Assembly: GCA_049591455.1 (NCBI GenBank)
Contig: JBAWFA010000004.1
Coordinates: 157,138-221,137 of the forward strand
DNA length: 64,000 nucleotides
Reading direction: 5' to 3'
DNA from: Gammaproteobacteria bacterium
GTDB taxonomy: Bacteria > Pseudomonadota > Gammaproteobacteria > Natronospirales > REEB76
Shown: positions 38,517 to 48,679 of the stretch, one piece after another
How the letters are laid out: each line of letters opens with the position of its first letter
How positions within the stretch are numbered: the stretch's first letter is position 1
Made by a program: the position numbers and the translations under genes
The notes under the pieces: model-generated
The model's database searches: none
The model's input: only the letters and a program-made list of their open reading frames with translations
Told to the model about the DNA's origin: nothing

Positions 38517-38734
38517 GGCCTTGTCCGTTTGCCGGCGGAACCGCTCATCAAGTTCACCGGAAGAACACCGATTTAGACTGGACGGTCTAGTCTAAATTCC
38601 CTGTTACGTTCCGTCAACAAGCTGACATCTCTAAGACGCCTTGTTTGCACACTCCAAACAAATACCCACCGAAAGTCGCTTCAGAGGCAGCCTGGTTGGC
38701 TTTTCAATGGGTCCAGATCCATGCGCATTGGCGC

Positions 38735-39754
38735 TTAGGCCGCTTTTTCCATCTGGTCCGTGTAGGCGCCTGCACAGGCGGCACTGTTGCACTGCGCGCG
38801 ATGGAAAAACGCATTCTGTCCCGCTGCCATGTTTGTCGCTCGTCCCTTCCAAGCCTCCAAAGACGGTGCCTGCAACGCGCGTCCATAGGAAAAACTGAGT
38901 TCCCAGGGCGCTAGGCCCAGAACATTCATGGCATTTAAATGGGCCGTTGCCAATTCGGCGCTCTGGCCGCCGGACAGGAACATGATCCCCGGCACTGCCG
39001 CGGGCACGCCTCGCTTGAGCACTCGCAAAGTTTGCCGGGCAACCTCCTCCACCCCCGCCTGCTGGGGGCATCTGATACCGCTGATGACCATGTTGGGTTT
39101 GAGAATCATGCCTTCCAGGGCAATCCGGTGCGTATAAAGTTCATCAAATACGGCTTTGAGGGTCACGCTGGTGACTTCTGCACAGCGCGCGATATCATGC
39201 GCTCCGTCCATAAGCACCTCCGGCTCCACGATAGGCACCAGACCGGCTTCTTGGCATAGGGCAGCGTAACGTGCCAGGGCCTGAGCATTCGCGCGTATGC
39301 AGTATTCCGTAGGAATTTCGGAACCGATATCAATCACGGCACGCCATTTGGCGAAACGTGCGCCCAGTTTGTGATACTCCTGCAAACGCTCCCGCAGGCC
39401 GTCCAGACCCTCGGTGACTTTCTCGGCAGGGCTATTCGCCAAGGGTTTGGCGCCCTTGTCCACCTTGATGCCCGGCAGAATATCGAGCCTGGCCAGGAAG
39501 TCCAGAAAGGCCACACCCGTCTGGGTCTTCTGGCGGATAGTTTCGTCATACATGATGACCCCGCTGATGAACTTCTCCACTCCCGGCGTGGTAAACAGCA
39601 TTTCCCGGTAGCTGCGGTGAGTCTCCGCCGTGGATACCACACCGATAGCCTTGAAACGCTTTTCGATGGTGCCAGTGCTCTCATCCGCCGCCAAAAGGCC
39701 GCGGTGGTCCGCCACCATTTGATGGGCAATCCGCTCCAGTTCCTGCAAATTCAT
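38735..39754 (-). CDS. Fructose-bisphosphate aldolase, class I
   Basis: The N-terminus ...GLLAADESTGTIEKRF... and overall length (339 aa) are typical of class I FBA. Confidence 0.9.
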   Translation of the reverse strand: MNLQELERIAHQMVADHRGLLAADESTGTIEKRFKAIGVVSTAETHRSYREMLFTTPGVEKFISGVIMYDETIRQKTQTGVAFLDFLARLDILPGIKVDKGAKPLANSPAEKVTEGLDGLRERLQEYHKLGARFAKWRAVIDIGSEIPTEYCIRANAQALARYAALCQEAGLVPIVEPEVLMDGAHDIARCAEVTSVTLKAVFDELYTHRIALEGMILKPNMVISGIRCPQQAGVEEVARQTLRVLKRGVPAAVPGIMFLSGGQSAELATAHLNAMNVLGLAPWELSFSYGRALQAPSLEAWKGRATNMAAGQNAFFHRAQCNSAACAGAYTDQMEKAA

Positions 39755-39962
39755 GGATATGCAACCTCTTTTGATGCTCGGCTTTAACTAAAAAACCCGC
39801 GGATCGCCCCCTCCCGTGTACCCGCCAGCGTGGAACCTGATGCGCAAGATTTTACCAGAACCCCCCGGTCAGCCACAGCCAATGGGGCCACGCATGATCC
39901 AACTGTTTGTAAGAAAATCTGCTGAGCCGGATTTACACGGGACTGATCGGTACAAGAGGATT

Positions 39963-40151
39963 TTATCCGTGTCTGGAAGAAGAGACTTTCCCTGACATCA
40001 TGGCAATGGTGTCTGCAAGGCCCAAGCGTATTGCTTCGAGGGTGTCTGCAATCAATTCCAGCGCCACGACTCTGCGTTGTTCCACGTGCATTTCTGCTCT
40101 TTCACTGCGCCTGCGTTCGGCAATTTGTAACGGGTCTGTAGCCATTTTCAT
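39963..40151 (-). CDS. Small hypothetical protein (62 aa)
   Basis: An aggag RBS precedes the ATG and the sequence is charged and helical. No family recognised. Confidence 0.3.
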   Translation of the reverse strand: MKMATDPLQIAERRRSERAEMHVEQRRVVALELIADTLEAIRLGLADTIAMMSGKVSSSRHG

Positions 40152-40413
40152 CTCCTATGTCTTCTTCCAAAGGCAGCATACCTTTCGAGCGCTTGCATTC
40201 CGGCATAATAGTCTTCAGATTCAGTTAATGATCATTGCGAAATCATGCCGGATGCTGGTTTGCACACGCCTCAGCATTGGAAGTTGCACCGGTACGCGGC
40301 TCTATGACGAAAGCCATTAAATCTGCGGGAAGATAAGCGACAGATTGGACGCGGGCGCGCGCATTCCGAGAACCTCGCATCGTATTTTGCGCCGAAACGG
40401 TGAAGGCAGGGTT

Positions 40414-40489
40414 TGGTGGGCCGTGGGAGATTTGAACTCCCGACCAACTGGTTAAAAGCCAGCTGCTCTACCAACTGAGCTAACGGCCC
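40414..40489 (-). tRNA. tRNA-Lys (anticodon UUU), CCA encoded
   Basis: The reverse complement reads GGGCCGTTAGCTCAGTTGGTAGAGCAGCTGGCTTTTAACCAGTTGGTCGGGAGTTCAAATCTCCCACGGCCCACCA. Anticodon loop CTTTTAA; canonical cloverleaf. Confidence 0.9.
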
Positions 40490-40555
40490 GATACAGGAAG
40501 GATTTTACGCAAAGGCGGCGCATGATAACGAATAGGCACCGAATTACAACCCTAA

Positions 40556-41224
40556 TCACCGATATACAGTGGGATCTTGCACACCGGCTTCCCGGAAGCC
40601 CTGCTTTCGCAAACGGCAACTGTCGCATAGCCCGCAGGCCCGGCCCTGCCCGTCCGCCGTATAACAGGACACCGTCAGCGCGTAATCCACACCCAGGCTC
40701 GCACCTTGCCGAATGATCTCGGCCTTAGAAAGTTGCATCAAAGGCGTATGGATATGAAACGGCTGCCCTTCTATTCCGGCACGGGTGCCTAATTGCGCCA
40801 CCCGCTCAAAAGCCGCGATGAATCCCGGCCGGCAATCGGGATAACCGGAATAGTCCACCGCGTTCACACCAATGAAAATATCCTGTGTTCCCAGCACTTC
40901 CGCCCAGCCAAGTGCCACTGCCAGGAACACGGTATTGCGCGCCGGCACATACGTTATTGGAATGCCAACAGTAGGATGTTCCGGAACCTCGATACGGGTA
41001 TCGGTAAGCGCCGAACCGCCGATGGCGGATAAATCCATGACAATCGTCTTGTGCTCGACGGCGCCGAGCGTCTTTGCCACTCGCATCGCAGCAGCGAGCT
41101 CGGCGCTGTGTCGTTGCCCATAGGCGATGCTGAGCGCATGACAGGCATAGCCTTCGCTTTTTGCCATGGCGAGGGTAGTGGCGGAATCCAGCCCGCCGGA
41201 CAACAAGACGACAGCTTTTCTCAT
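40556..41224 (-). CDS. queC: 7-cyano-7-deazaguanine synthase
   Basis: PP-loop [10 protein letters not shown] and a C-terminal Cys cluster [10 protein letters not shown]. Confidence 0.9.
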   Translation of the reverse strand: MRKAVVLLSGGLDSATTLAMAKSEGYACHALSIAYGQRHSAELAAAMRVAKTLGAVEHKTIVMDLSAIGGSALTDTRIEVPEHPTVGIPITYVPARNTVFLAVALGWAEVLGTQDIFIGVNAVDYSGYPDCRPGFIAAFERVAQLGTRAGIEGQPFHIHTPLMQLSKAEIIRQGASLGVDYALTVSCYTADGQGRACGLCDSCRLRKQGFREAGVQDPTVYR

Positions 41225-41239
41225 TATTTGATGTGCGAC

Positions 41240-41935
41240 CTAATGGCCAGCCACATTGCCCCAGAGATATTTATGCAATTGTACTTGCAAGCGCACCGGC
41301 AGCCGGTCCGCGAGAATCCAGTCGGCCAATGTCACCGCTTTCAGTTGCTCATGGCTGGGCGAGAACAATACCTGGCAGCGTTCCGCCAGCCCGTGTTCCC
41401 GCACCACTTGGCGCGACCATTCGTAATCGGCGTGATCGCAGATGACAAATTTTACCTGGTCGCCTGGACGTAATTGCCGAATGTTTTCACACAGATTGCG
41501 ATCGCATTCACCGGAGCCGGGCGTTTTCAGATCCATGACGCGTATCACGCGCGGATCAATGTCCGTGATAGCCAAGGCTCCACCGGTTTCGATGGAAACC
41601 TTATAACCAGCATCACACAGGCGCGCAAGTAAAGTCATACAATTCTTCTGCGCCAGCGGTTCGCCGCCAGTGACAGTCACGTAGCGCGGCGTGTATTGCT
41701 CCACCCGCTGCAGGATAGCAGTAATGGTGATCCATTCGCCGCCGTGAAAGGCATAGGCCGTATCACAATACTGACAGCGCAGAGGGCAGCCGGTAAGGCG
41801 CACGAATACCGTCGGCCAGCCGACATGGTCCGCTTCGCCCTGGATGGAATAAAAGATTTCGGTGATTCGCAGCCGCTCTCCCGCGAGCAGTTCATCGCGG
41901 TGCTGTTTCGTCTGTGGCATGACAAAAGAATTCAA
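41240..41935 (-). CDS. queE: 7-carboxy-7-deazaguanine synthase (radical SAM)
   Basis: IFYSIQGEADHVGWPTVFVRLTGCPLRCQYCDT (CxxxCxxC). Confidence 0.9.
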   Translation of the reverse strand: MNSFVMPQTKQHRDELLAGERLRITEIFYSIQGEADHVGWPTVFVRLTGCPLRCQYCDTAYAFHGGEWITITAILQRVEQYTPRYVTVTGGEPLAQKNCMTLLARLCDAGYKVSIETGGALAITDIDPRVIRVMDLKTPGSGECDRNLCENIRQLRPGDQVKFVICDHADYEWSRQVVREHGLAERCQVLFSPSHEQLKAVTLADWILADRLPVRLQVQLHKYLWGNVAGH

Positions 41936-41939
41936 AACT

Positions 41940-42728
41940 TCAATGACCTTCCTTGCGCATGCGCTCCAGTCTTTGTTTGGCCAAGCTGGCTACGCTGGTG
42001 CCCGGATACTGGCTGATGACGCTTTCCAGTGTCTTGCGTGCAGCTTTGTAATTTCCCATTTCATACTGGGAATAGCCGGTTTTCAGCAACGCATCCGGCG
42101 CTTTGGTGGAATTCGGATAACCCTGTACCACCGCCTGATAGTTCACCAGCGCACCCTGGAAATCGCTCATCTGGTAGTGGGCCTCGCCCATCCAGAATTC
42201 CGCGTTGGGTACCAGAGAGCTTTGTGGATACTGCTGGATGAAGTTGGTAAAACCATTAATCGCGTCTTCATAGCGGCCCTGCTTCAGCAGATTGAAGTTC
42301 TGCTGGTAGGCTGCCTGATCACCGCTGGCTGTTGCCGTGCCCGTGGAACTGCCCGCTGCCGGGGCCCGAGTCGCCGCACCGCCACCCGCCACAGAGCCCG
42401 CCGCAGCTGTATTCAGACCCAGTTCCAGTTTCTGCAGACGCTTGTCCAGATCGGAATACAAGTCCCGCTGCTGCTTCTGGGTGAGCTGCTGATCGTGTTG
42501 CAGCACCTGCAGGTCGCCGCGCAGCTGATCCAACTGTTCCTGCTGATTGTCCATACTCTGGGACAGGCTCGCCAGGCTCCGGTTGTTGAGCACCTGATCC
42601 AATCGGTTCACGCGCGCTTCCAGTTGCTGCTGACGAACGTACACCGGATCGTCGGGCCGCACGGTCATGCAACCGCCCAACATACCGGTCAGCCCGGCAG
42701 CCAGCAGGATGACGCGATACGATTTCAT
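41940..42728 (-). CDS. cpoB: Tol-Pal system protein CpoB/YbgF (coiled coil + TPR)
   Basis: Signal/lipobox-like N-terminus, a coiled-coil Q-rich region and C-terminal TPRs (…YPNSTKAPDALLKTGYSQYEMGN…). ATG 42728 overlaps the pal stop (ATGA). Confidence 0.8.
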   Translation of the reverse strand: MKSYRVILLAAGLTGMLGGCMTVRPDDPVYVRQQQLEARVNRLDQVLNNRSLASLSQSMDNQQEQLDQLRGDLQVLQHDQQLTQKQQRDLYSDLDKRLQKLELGLNTAAAGSVAGGGAATRAPAAGSSTGTATASGDQAAYQQNFNLLKQGRYEDAINGFTNFIQQYPQSSLVPNAEFWMGEAHYQMSDFQGALVNYQAVVQGYPNSTKAPDALLKTGYSQYEMGNYKAARKTLESVISQYPGTSVASLAKQRLERMRKEGH

Positions 42729-43249
42729 CTCAGATACACAAGCACGGCACGGCGGTTCTGCGACCAGCAACCTTCATTGTGCTCGCTGCACACCGCATGC
42801 GCTTCACCATAACTCACGGTGCTGATCTGGTCAGGATTCACACCCTGGAACAGCAGGAAACGGCGTACGGATTGGGCGCGGCGATCACCCAGGGCGATAT
42901 TGTATTCCCAGGTACCGCGCTCGTCGGTATAACCCTCGATGCGGATCTTCTGATTGGGATTGGCAATCAGGTACTTGGCATGCGCCGTGAGCAGGTCCAG
43001 AAATTCCGGCTTGATATTGCTCTTGTCGAAATCGAAGTACACAACTTTCTTGTAGAGAATGTTGTTGGGATCATCGAGCGGGCTGAGCTGCGTCTGGGCC
43101 GGTGCGGCGGCCGTAGAGGTAGAGGGTGCCGTGGTAGCAGGTGCGGCTGTGGCAGCAGCTGGTGCCGTAACCGGTTTCACCGTTTTGGCACAACCCGCGG
43201 TGAACAGTGCCACCGCCAGTACCATGAGACCGTAACGCAGAACTTTCAT
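42725..43249 (-). CDS. pal: Peptidoglycan-associated lipoprotein Pal
   Basis: Lipobox LFTAGC and an OmpA-like domain (IEGYTDERGTWEYNIALGDRRA). Confidence 0.9.
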   Translation of the reverse strand: MKVLRYGLMVLAVALFTAGCAKTVKPVTAPAAATAAPATTAPSTSTAAAPAQTQLSPLDDPNNILYKKVVYFDFDKSNIKPEFLDLLTAHAKYLIANPNQKIRIEGYTDERGTWEYNIALGDRRAQSVRRFLLFQGVNPDQISTVSYGEAHAVCSEHNEGCWSQNRRAVLVYLR

Positions 43250-43299
43250 GACTGTCTCCTTAATCTATTAAAACCACGAAATATGGAATCATTCGTGCG

Positions 43300-44610
43300 C
43301 TATTGTGACAGGAATGGACCCCAAACGGGAGCATGTACGCTCACGCCCGGCTGGGATTCCGACAGGCGTTCGCGCACCTGGCCGTCCACCGACACCTCCT
43401 CCAGCACGCCCTGGCCGCGGTAAGTGGCTTCGTAGATGATCATGCTGCCGTTGGGCGCAAAGCTCGGCGACTTATCCAGATCGCCGTCCGTCAGGGTCAG
43501 GAGTGCGCCGGTGTTGAGGTTCATAACCGCGATATGCAGTTCGCCGTTCTCACGATGCACCATGGCCAGCGTCTGGCCATCCAGTGAGACGCGCGGCCGG
43601 GCATTGTAACTGCCGTCAAAGGTGATGCGCTGGGGCGTACCACCATTCAGATTCACCTTGTATATCTGTGGACTGCCACCGCGATCCGACGTGAAATACA
43701 GACTGCGGCCGTCCGGCGACCAAGTCGGTTCGGTGTCAATGGCCTCGGACGTGGTGATACGCTGCAAGGCGTGTGTGGCGAGATTCATAACATAAATATC
43801 CGGATTGCCCGGCGAGGACGACAGCACCAGGGCCAGCGACCGGCCGTCCGGCGAAAACACCGGCGCGCTATTCAGGCCCGGCCGCTCGGACAGGAGTTCA
43901 CGCCGTCCGGTATAGATGTTCTGCCAATAAATTGCCGGCCGCTGGTTTTCGAAAGACACATAGGCCAGATACTTGCCGTCCGGCGACCAATCCGGCGACA
44001 TGATGGGCTCGTTGGAGCTGAACACCGTCTGCGGTCCGAAGCCGTCGGAATCCGCCACCACCAGCGCATAATGGCTATCCTTTCCGCCTTTTCCCGAGAC
44101 TTCCACATAAGCGATACGCGTGGCAAAGGCACCGCGCTGGCCGGTGAGCTTCTGATAAATCAGATCGCTGATTTTGTGGGCAGTCCAGCGCAAACCTTGA
44201 GACGTCGTCAGCACGGACAGACCCAGAAGCTGTTGGCCGGTGTACACGTTGAATAACTGGAACTCTACCTGGTAATTGCCTGCAGCGGCTGGCTTGATAC
44301 GGCCGATCACCAGATCGTTGACGGCCAGCACGCGCCAGTTGGTGAAATTGATGGCGCTGGCTTCCGTGGGTTTCTCCAGCATGGAACTCGAGGGAATCGC
44401 CTTGAAGCGTCCGCTGCGGGAGAGATCAGCGCCGACAACCGCCGCTACATCGGTAGCCGGCGCCGGGCCCTGCACCTGCCAGCCAAATGGCACGATAGCC
44501 ACTGGCACGGCAGTATCCACTCCACGGGTAATGGTAATTTCCAATGTTGCCTGTGAAGCTGCCAATGGAAGTAAGGCTAATCCGATAATAAATAAAAACT
44601 TACGCCACAT
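43300..44610 (-). CDS. tolB: Tol-Pal system beta-propeller protein TolB
   Basis: Signal peptide MWRKFLFIIGLALLPLAASQA and repeated ...SPDG.../...WSPDG... propeller blades. The start was set to ATG 44610. Confidence 0.9.
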   Translation of the reverse strand: MWRKFLFIIGLALLPLAASQATLEITITRGVDTAVPVAIVPFGWQVQGPAPATDVAAVVGADLSRSGRFKAIPSSSMLEKPTEASAINFTNWRVLAVNDLVIGRIKPAAAGNYQVEFQLFNVYTGQQLLGLSVLTTSQGLRWTAHKISDLIYQKLTGQRGAFATRIAYVEVSGKGGKDSHYALVVADSDGFGPQTVFSSNEPIMSPDWSPDGKYLAYVSFENQRPAIYWQNIYTGRRELLSERPGLNSAPVFSPDGRSLALVLSSSPGNPDIYVMNLATHALQRITTSEAIDTEPTWSPDGRSLYFTSDRGGSPQIYKVNLNGGTPQRITFDGSYNARPRVSLDGQTLAMVHRENGELHIAVMNLNTGALLTLTDGDLDKSPSFAPNGSMIIYEATYRGQGVLEEVSVDGQVRERLSESQPGVSVHAPVWGPFLSQ

Positions 44611-44612
44611 GT

Positions 44613-45419
44613 TTAATTCCCCGGGCCGCATCCTGGACAAAATGTAATCGTCAAATTTCTGTCGAAAATGGAGGGATCCGGCGGTGGTGGCAAGGGCGAA
44701 GATTTATACACAGCATTTACGATTGACTGACGTACTGCATCATCACCATTGCAATCTCCGAGTTGGACGTTTGTTACAGTGCCACCTGGAACCTGTTCCA
44801 CTTTTAGGATACATTTTAAATCATCTGGAGCCGTTGGTGGCTTTATCCAGTTATTCTCGATTTGTTGAGCAATCAGCGCAACCCAGTTCTGTCGATAGGT
44901 GGCTTTCTTAGCATTCAAAGCGCCCTGCTCCACCGCGATTTCTCGCTGTAATTCAGCGCGCAGTTGCGCATTTTTCGCGCTCTGGCGTTTCTTGGTCTGG
45001 GCCGCTGCCTCGGTCTTGAGCTGCGCCAGATGCTGCTGCTCCGCTTGGGCCTGTTTCTGCAAGTCCGCCAACTTCTGGTCCAGCGCCTGCTGGGTGGCCG
45101 CCTGTTGTTGCTTGAGCTGGGTGACTTTCTGCTCTTCCTGCTCACGCTCGCTCTTGGCGGCCGCCGCCTGCTGCAACAACTGCTGCTGGGCCTGTTGTTT
45201 CTGCTTTTCCTGGGCCTGTAACAGCGCCATTTGTTGATTGATCAGCTTCTGGTCCACCACCGTGGCCTGCACCGGCTGCGCAATCTGACCATTGCCGCCC
45301 AGTGACGGCAGCGTCGAATTGGTCCAGTGAATGCTCAATACCATGAGCACCACGAACCCAACGTGCAGCAGCACCGAATAAACCCAGGGCAGCAGGTGTT
45401 GTGCGCGGGTATCCATCAC
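44613..45419 (-). CDS. tolA: TolA
   Basis: N-terminal TM anchor, a long Ala/Gln/Lys/Glu-rich helical domain II and a small C-terminal domain. It sits in the tolQRAB position. Confidence 0.75.
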   Translation of the reverse strand: MMDTRAQHLLPWVYSVLLHVGFVVLMVLSIHWTNSTLPSLGGNGQIAQPVQATVVDQKLINQQMALLQAQEKQKQQAQQQLLQQAAAAKSEREQEEQKVTQLKQQQAATQQALDQKLADLQKQAQAEQQHLAQLKTEAAAQTKKRQSAKNAQLRAELQREIAVEQGALNAKKATYRQNWVALIAQQIENNWIKPPTAPDDLKCILKVEQVPGGTVTNVQLGDCNGDDAVRQSIVNAVYKSSPLPPPPDPSIFDRNLTITFCPGCGPGN

Positions 45420-45871
45420 GGCTTGCCGGTAATCTTCATGGTTGGCACGTCGTTGGGATTTGTTTCCAGACCCACACTCGGGGCACCAGCTACTGTCATC
45501 AATGAGATTCCGCTCATTACTAAGCCATAACTGGCATCTTTATCAGCACGGACCACAACATGGGTTTCGGGTTTCAGTCGCATCACCGCAGCAACCGTGG
45601 CCACTAACAGTTGTGCATCAATCGGCTGATCGGGATGGGCGCCGATGTTCAAGTAATACTTGCCAGTGGATGTGACAGTCAGAATCACCGGCGTTTCGTT
45701 GGCCTTGAGATCGAGAGGTTTGGCGCTGGCCTTGGGCAGGTTCACCTTTACGCCTTGACTCAGCAAGGGTGCGGTAATCATGAAGATGATAAGCAGCACT
45801 AACATCACGTCAATGTAGGGCACGACGTTGATCTCGCTAATCATGCGCCGTTTGCTGCGCCGTCCGGCCAT
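45416..45871 (-). CDS. tolR: TolR (ExbD/TolR family)
   Basis: EINVVPYIDVMLVLLIIFMITAP TM motif. Length 151 aa. Confidence 0.85.
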   Translation of the reverse strand: MAGRRSKRRMISEINVVPYIDVMLVLLIIFMITAPLLSQGVKVNLPKASAKPLDLKANETPVILTVTSTGKYYLNIGAHPDQPIDAQLLVATVAAVMRLKPETHVVVRADKDASYGLVMSGISLMTVAGAPSVGLETNPNDVPTMKITGKP

Positions 45872-45877
45872 GGAGCC

Positions 45878-46564
45878 TTACCCCTGGGCCGCGGCGCGTG
45901 AACCCACGTGCCGCTGCAGAATGGTGGAGAACTCGTCCAGAAAACTGTCAAAGCGGGTTTCCAGGCGTTCCACGTGATTAGCGAAGCGGTTGTAGGCGAT
46001 CACCGCGGGAATTGCCGCGAACAGGCCCATCGCGGTCGCGATGAGCGCTTCGGAAATGCCCGGCGCCACCATGGAAATAGTGGCCTGCTGTACGTTTCCG
46101 AGTCCGTGGAAGGCATTCATGATGCCCCACACGGTGCCGAACAGCCCCACATACGGGCTGGTGGAACCCACGGTTGCCAGGAACGCGAGACTCTCTTCCA
46201 GCCGGTCCACTTCACGCACCTGAGCCACGCGCATGGCGCGCCGCGAACCCTCGATAACCATGCCCTGAGCATCGCCCTGCTTGCGCAGCCGCGCGAATTC
46301 CCCGAAGCCCGCTTCAAAAATACTTTCCATGCCGCTTTCTGCGCCGGTGCTGCTGATCTCCTTGTAGATGGGGGCGATTTCACCGCCCGCCCAGAAGCGC
46401 TTTTCAAAGCTGTCGGTGGCAGCGCGCGCTTCCTTGAGCATGCGATGCTTGCGGAAAATTACTGCCCAGGAGGCCAGCGAGGCCGCCACCAGGATCAGCA
46501 GCACGATTTTCACCACCAGGCTGGCGTGCAAGGCGATTTCGAGAAAGGATTCTTCACCGCTCAT
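45878..46564 (-). CDS. tolQ: TolQ (MotA/TolQ/ExbB proton channel)
   Basis: Three TM segments and a conserved ...GLFGTVWGIMNAF... block. The start was set to ATG 46564. Confidence 0.9.
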   Translation of the reverse strand: MSGEESFLEIALHASLVVKIVLLILVAASLASWAVIFRKHRMLKEARAATDSFEKRFWAGGEIAPIYKEISSTGAESGMESIFEAGFGEFARLRKQGDAQGMVIEGSRRAMRVAQVREVDRLEESLAFLATVGSTSPYVGLFGTVWGIMNAFHGLGNVQQATISMVAPGISEALIATAMGLFAAIPAVIAYNRFANHVERLETRFDSFLDEFSTILQRHVGSRAAAQG

Positions 46565-46565
46565 A

Positions 46566-47045
46566 TCATTCAAGCTCCGCCACGATTTCACGCGGCAATG
46601 ATTTGGGTTTGAGTTTCACACTGTCCACACAGGCTACACGAACCTCGGCGGAACAGACCAGTACATTGCCCGCCGAAACAACGTGGATGGCTTGACCGAA
46701 CACCAGGCTGGCGCGCTTTATTCCGATGATTTTCACGCTTGCCAGAAGCTCGTCGTTGAAACACGCGGGCCGATGGTAATCGAGCTTTGCGCCCACTACC
46801 ACGAACTGGACGCCGAGCCGGTGCCGCAATTCATCCTGTTCGAAACCCAGATGCCGCAGCCATTCGGTACGCGCCCGCTCCAGAAACCGCAGGTAATTGG
46901 CGTGATACACCACGCCGCCCAGGTCCGTATCCTCGTAATACACCCGAATCGGCCAACTAAAAACAGCGTGCGAGACCGCCGACGGTTTACCGCTCCGTGT
47001 TCTGTGACCGGATATGCTGGTGCCGGTTCCCCGGTCCACGCTCAA
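46566..47045 (-). CDS. ybgC: Acyl-CoA thioesterase YbgC (4HBT hotdog fold)
   Basis: [29 protein letters not shown] motif. The start codon is uncertain and the N-terminal extension is probably not real. Confidence 0.8.
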   Translation of the reverse strand: MSVDRGTGTSISGHRTRSGKPSAVSHAVFSWPIRVYYEDTDLGGVVYHANYLRFLERARTEWLRHLGFEQDELRHRLGVQFVVVGAKLDYHRPACFNDELLASVKIIGIKRASLVFGQAIHVVSAGNVLVCSAEVRVACVDSVKLKPKSLPREIVAELE

Positions 47046-48082
47046 TCCCCGCCTGGTTCGAACAGATCAGCGGAGGGATCGCGTCGCGGCGGTGCCAATC
47101 CGAAATGCTGATACGCAGTCTTGGTGGCCATGCGGCCACGAGCGGTGCGCATCAGGAACCCCTGCTGAATCAGAAACGGTTCCAGCACGTCCTCGATTGT
47201 GCCGCGTTCTTCTCCGATGGCGGCTGCGAGACTATCCACGCCCACCGGACCGCCGTCGAATTTCTCGATGACCGCCAAAAGCAGCTTGCGGTCCAGCATG
47301 TCGAAACCGTGCACGTCCACCTCCAGAAGGTCCATGGCCTGGTGGGCAATGTCGGCGGTAATGCGACCGTCCGCTTTGACCTCGGCAAAATCCCGAACCC
47401 GTCTGAGCAGCCGGTTGGCGATGCGCGGCGTGCCACGGGAACGTGAGGCGATCTCCTTCGCACCTTCTGGATCCACGCTGAGCGCCAGGATGCGCGCCGA
47501 GCGCATGACAATGTGGGTCAGGTCGGCGTGGCTGTAGAACTCCAGGCGCTGCACGATGCCGAAGCGGTCGCGCAGCGGCGAGGTCAGCAGGCCCGCGCGG
47601 GTGGTGGCGCCCACCAGAGTGAACGGCGGAATATCCAGTTTGATGGAGCGCGCCGCCGGACCTTCGCCGATCATGATGTCCAGTTTGTAGTCCTCCAGCG
47701 CCGGATACAGCACCTCTTCCACCACCGCACTCAGACGGTGGATTTCGTCCACGAACAACACATCGCGTGGTTCGAGATTGGTGAGCAGCGCCGCGAGATC
47801 GCCGGGACGTTCCAGCACTGGTCCCGATGTCTGGCGCAGGTTCACGCCGAGCTCGTGGGCGACGATGTGCGCCAGCGTAGTCTTGCCCAATCCGGGCGGG
47901 CCGAAGATCAGCACGTGGTCAAGTGCCTCGCCGCGCTTCTTCGCCGCACCGATGAAAATTTCCATTTGCTCGCGCACCGCTGGCTGGCCGATGTAATCCT
48001 TGAGCGTGCGCGGGCGAATGGCGCGGTCCAAAGCCTCGTCTTCGGCGGTATGCTTCGCAGTCACCAGGCGTTCCGTGGTCAT
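47042..48082 (-). CDS. ruvB: Holliday junction helicase RuvB
   Basis: Walker [10 protein letters not shown], Walker [10 protein letters not shown] and the typical RuvB length. Confidence 0.95.
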   Translation of the reverse strand: MTTERLVTAKHTAEDEALDRAIRPRTLKDYIGQPAVREQMEIFIGAAKKRGEALDHVLIFGPPGLGKTTLAHIVAHELGVNLRQTSGPVLERPGDLAALLTNLEPRDVLFVDEIHRLSAVVEEVLYPALEDYKLDIMIGEGPAARSIKLDIPPFTLVGATTRAGLLTSPLRDRFGIVQRLEFYSHADLTHIVMRSARILALSVDPEGAKEIASRSRGTPRIANRLLRRVRDFAEVKADGRITADIAHQAMDLLEVDVHGFDMLDRKLLLAVIEKFDGGPVGVDSLAAAIGEERGTIEDVLEPFLIQQGFLMRTARGRMATKTAYQHFGLAPPRRDPSADLFEPGGD

Positions 48083-48091
48083 GGCGCTTCC

Positions 48092-48679
48092 CTAGCCCGC
48101 GCGCGCGGCGTTTTGCAACGCGCGGCGGATGAATTCCTCGCTGCTGATATCGGTTTCCCTGATGCCTTGCAACATGCGGCTGGCCTCTTGGGGTTTGTAA
48201 CCCAGACTCACCAGCGCCGACAGAGCTTCCTCCCGCGGACTCACCTCGCCCATCACAGTTATGGAGCCGCTGGAGGTCTCCTCCAGCCGGTCGCGCATTT
48301 CCACTACCAGGCGCTCGGCGGTCTTGCGGCCGATGCCCGGCATGCGAATAAGCGCGGCGGTGTCATTGTCACGCACGCAGCGCACAAAATTATTCACGCT
48401 GATGCCGGACAGAATCGTCAATGCCAGGCGCGGACCGACACCGTTCACGCGGATCAGTGCGCGGAACAGGCGGCGTTCAGTTTCCGTGCCAAAACCGAAC
48501 AGGATGTGGGCGTCCTCGCGCACCACAAGATGGGTGTAAAGCAGCACCTCGGTGCCCGCTTCCGGCAAACTGTAAAAAGTGGACATGGGCGCCTCCACTT
48601 CATAGCCCACGCCGTGCACCTCTATTAATAGATGCGGCGGCTGCCGGCGCAGGATCAAGCCGCGCAGGAAGCCGATCAT
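48092..48679 (-). CDS. ruvA: Holliday junction DNA-binding protein RuvA
   Basis: MIGFLRGLI...VHGVGYEV N-terminus and HhH motifs (GVGPRLALTILS, PGIGRKTAERL). Confidence 0.9.
   Translation of the reverse strand: MIGFLRGLILRRQPPHLLIEVHGVGYEVEAPMSTFYSLPEAGTEVLLYTHLVVREDAHILFGFGTETERRLFRALIRVNGVGPRLALTILSGISVNNFVRCVRDNDTAALIRMPGIGRKTAERLVVEMRDRLEETSSGSITVMGEVSPREEALSALVSLGYKPQEASRMLQGIRETDISSEEFIRRALQNAARAG

Noticed and set aside
38631-39071. 146-aa minus-strand ORF and several 60-110-aa ORFs overlapping the 3' part of the aldolase gene
   Set aside because: They are out-of-frame or antisense overlaps of the class I aldolase CDS and have biased Gly/Arg/Pro composition.
40268-40292. ttggaagttgcacc resembling a sigma-54 element upstream of tRNA-Lys
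   Set aside because: The GG and GC dinucleotides are not in the required 10-nt register, and there is no TGGCAC-like -24 box.
40556-41935. queC/queE as possible type IV CBASS accessory genes
   Set aside because: They lie 24 kb from the CBASS operon. They sit in the conserved housekeeping context next to cpoB/pal/tolB, with host-like GC and full-length canonical motifs. They are ordinary queuosine biosynthesis genes.
44899-45237. Repetitive GC(A/T)GC-rich DNA that might look like tandem repeats or an array
   Set aside because: It is the Ala/Gln/Lys/Glu-rich helical domain II of TolA. Likewise, the CCN-rich run at about 56100-56290 is the TonB proline spacer. There is no repeat-spacer periodicity, so this is not CRISPR.
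47513-48628. 371-aa plus-strand ORF. Similar long antisense ORFs occur at 41862..42812, 45908..46612, 49226..49966, 37803..38576, 9745..10668, 52835..53599 and 29145..29729.
   Set aside because: All of them lie opposite confidently identified genes (ruvB/ruvA, cpoB, tolQ, yebC, mlaF, hydrolase, Bax-like, bcp). They have Arg/His/Gly-biased composition with no motifs, which marks them as shadow frames of GC-rich coding DNA.
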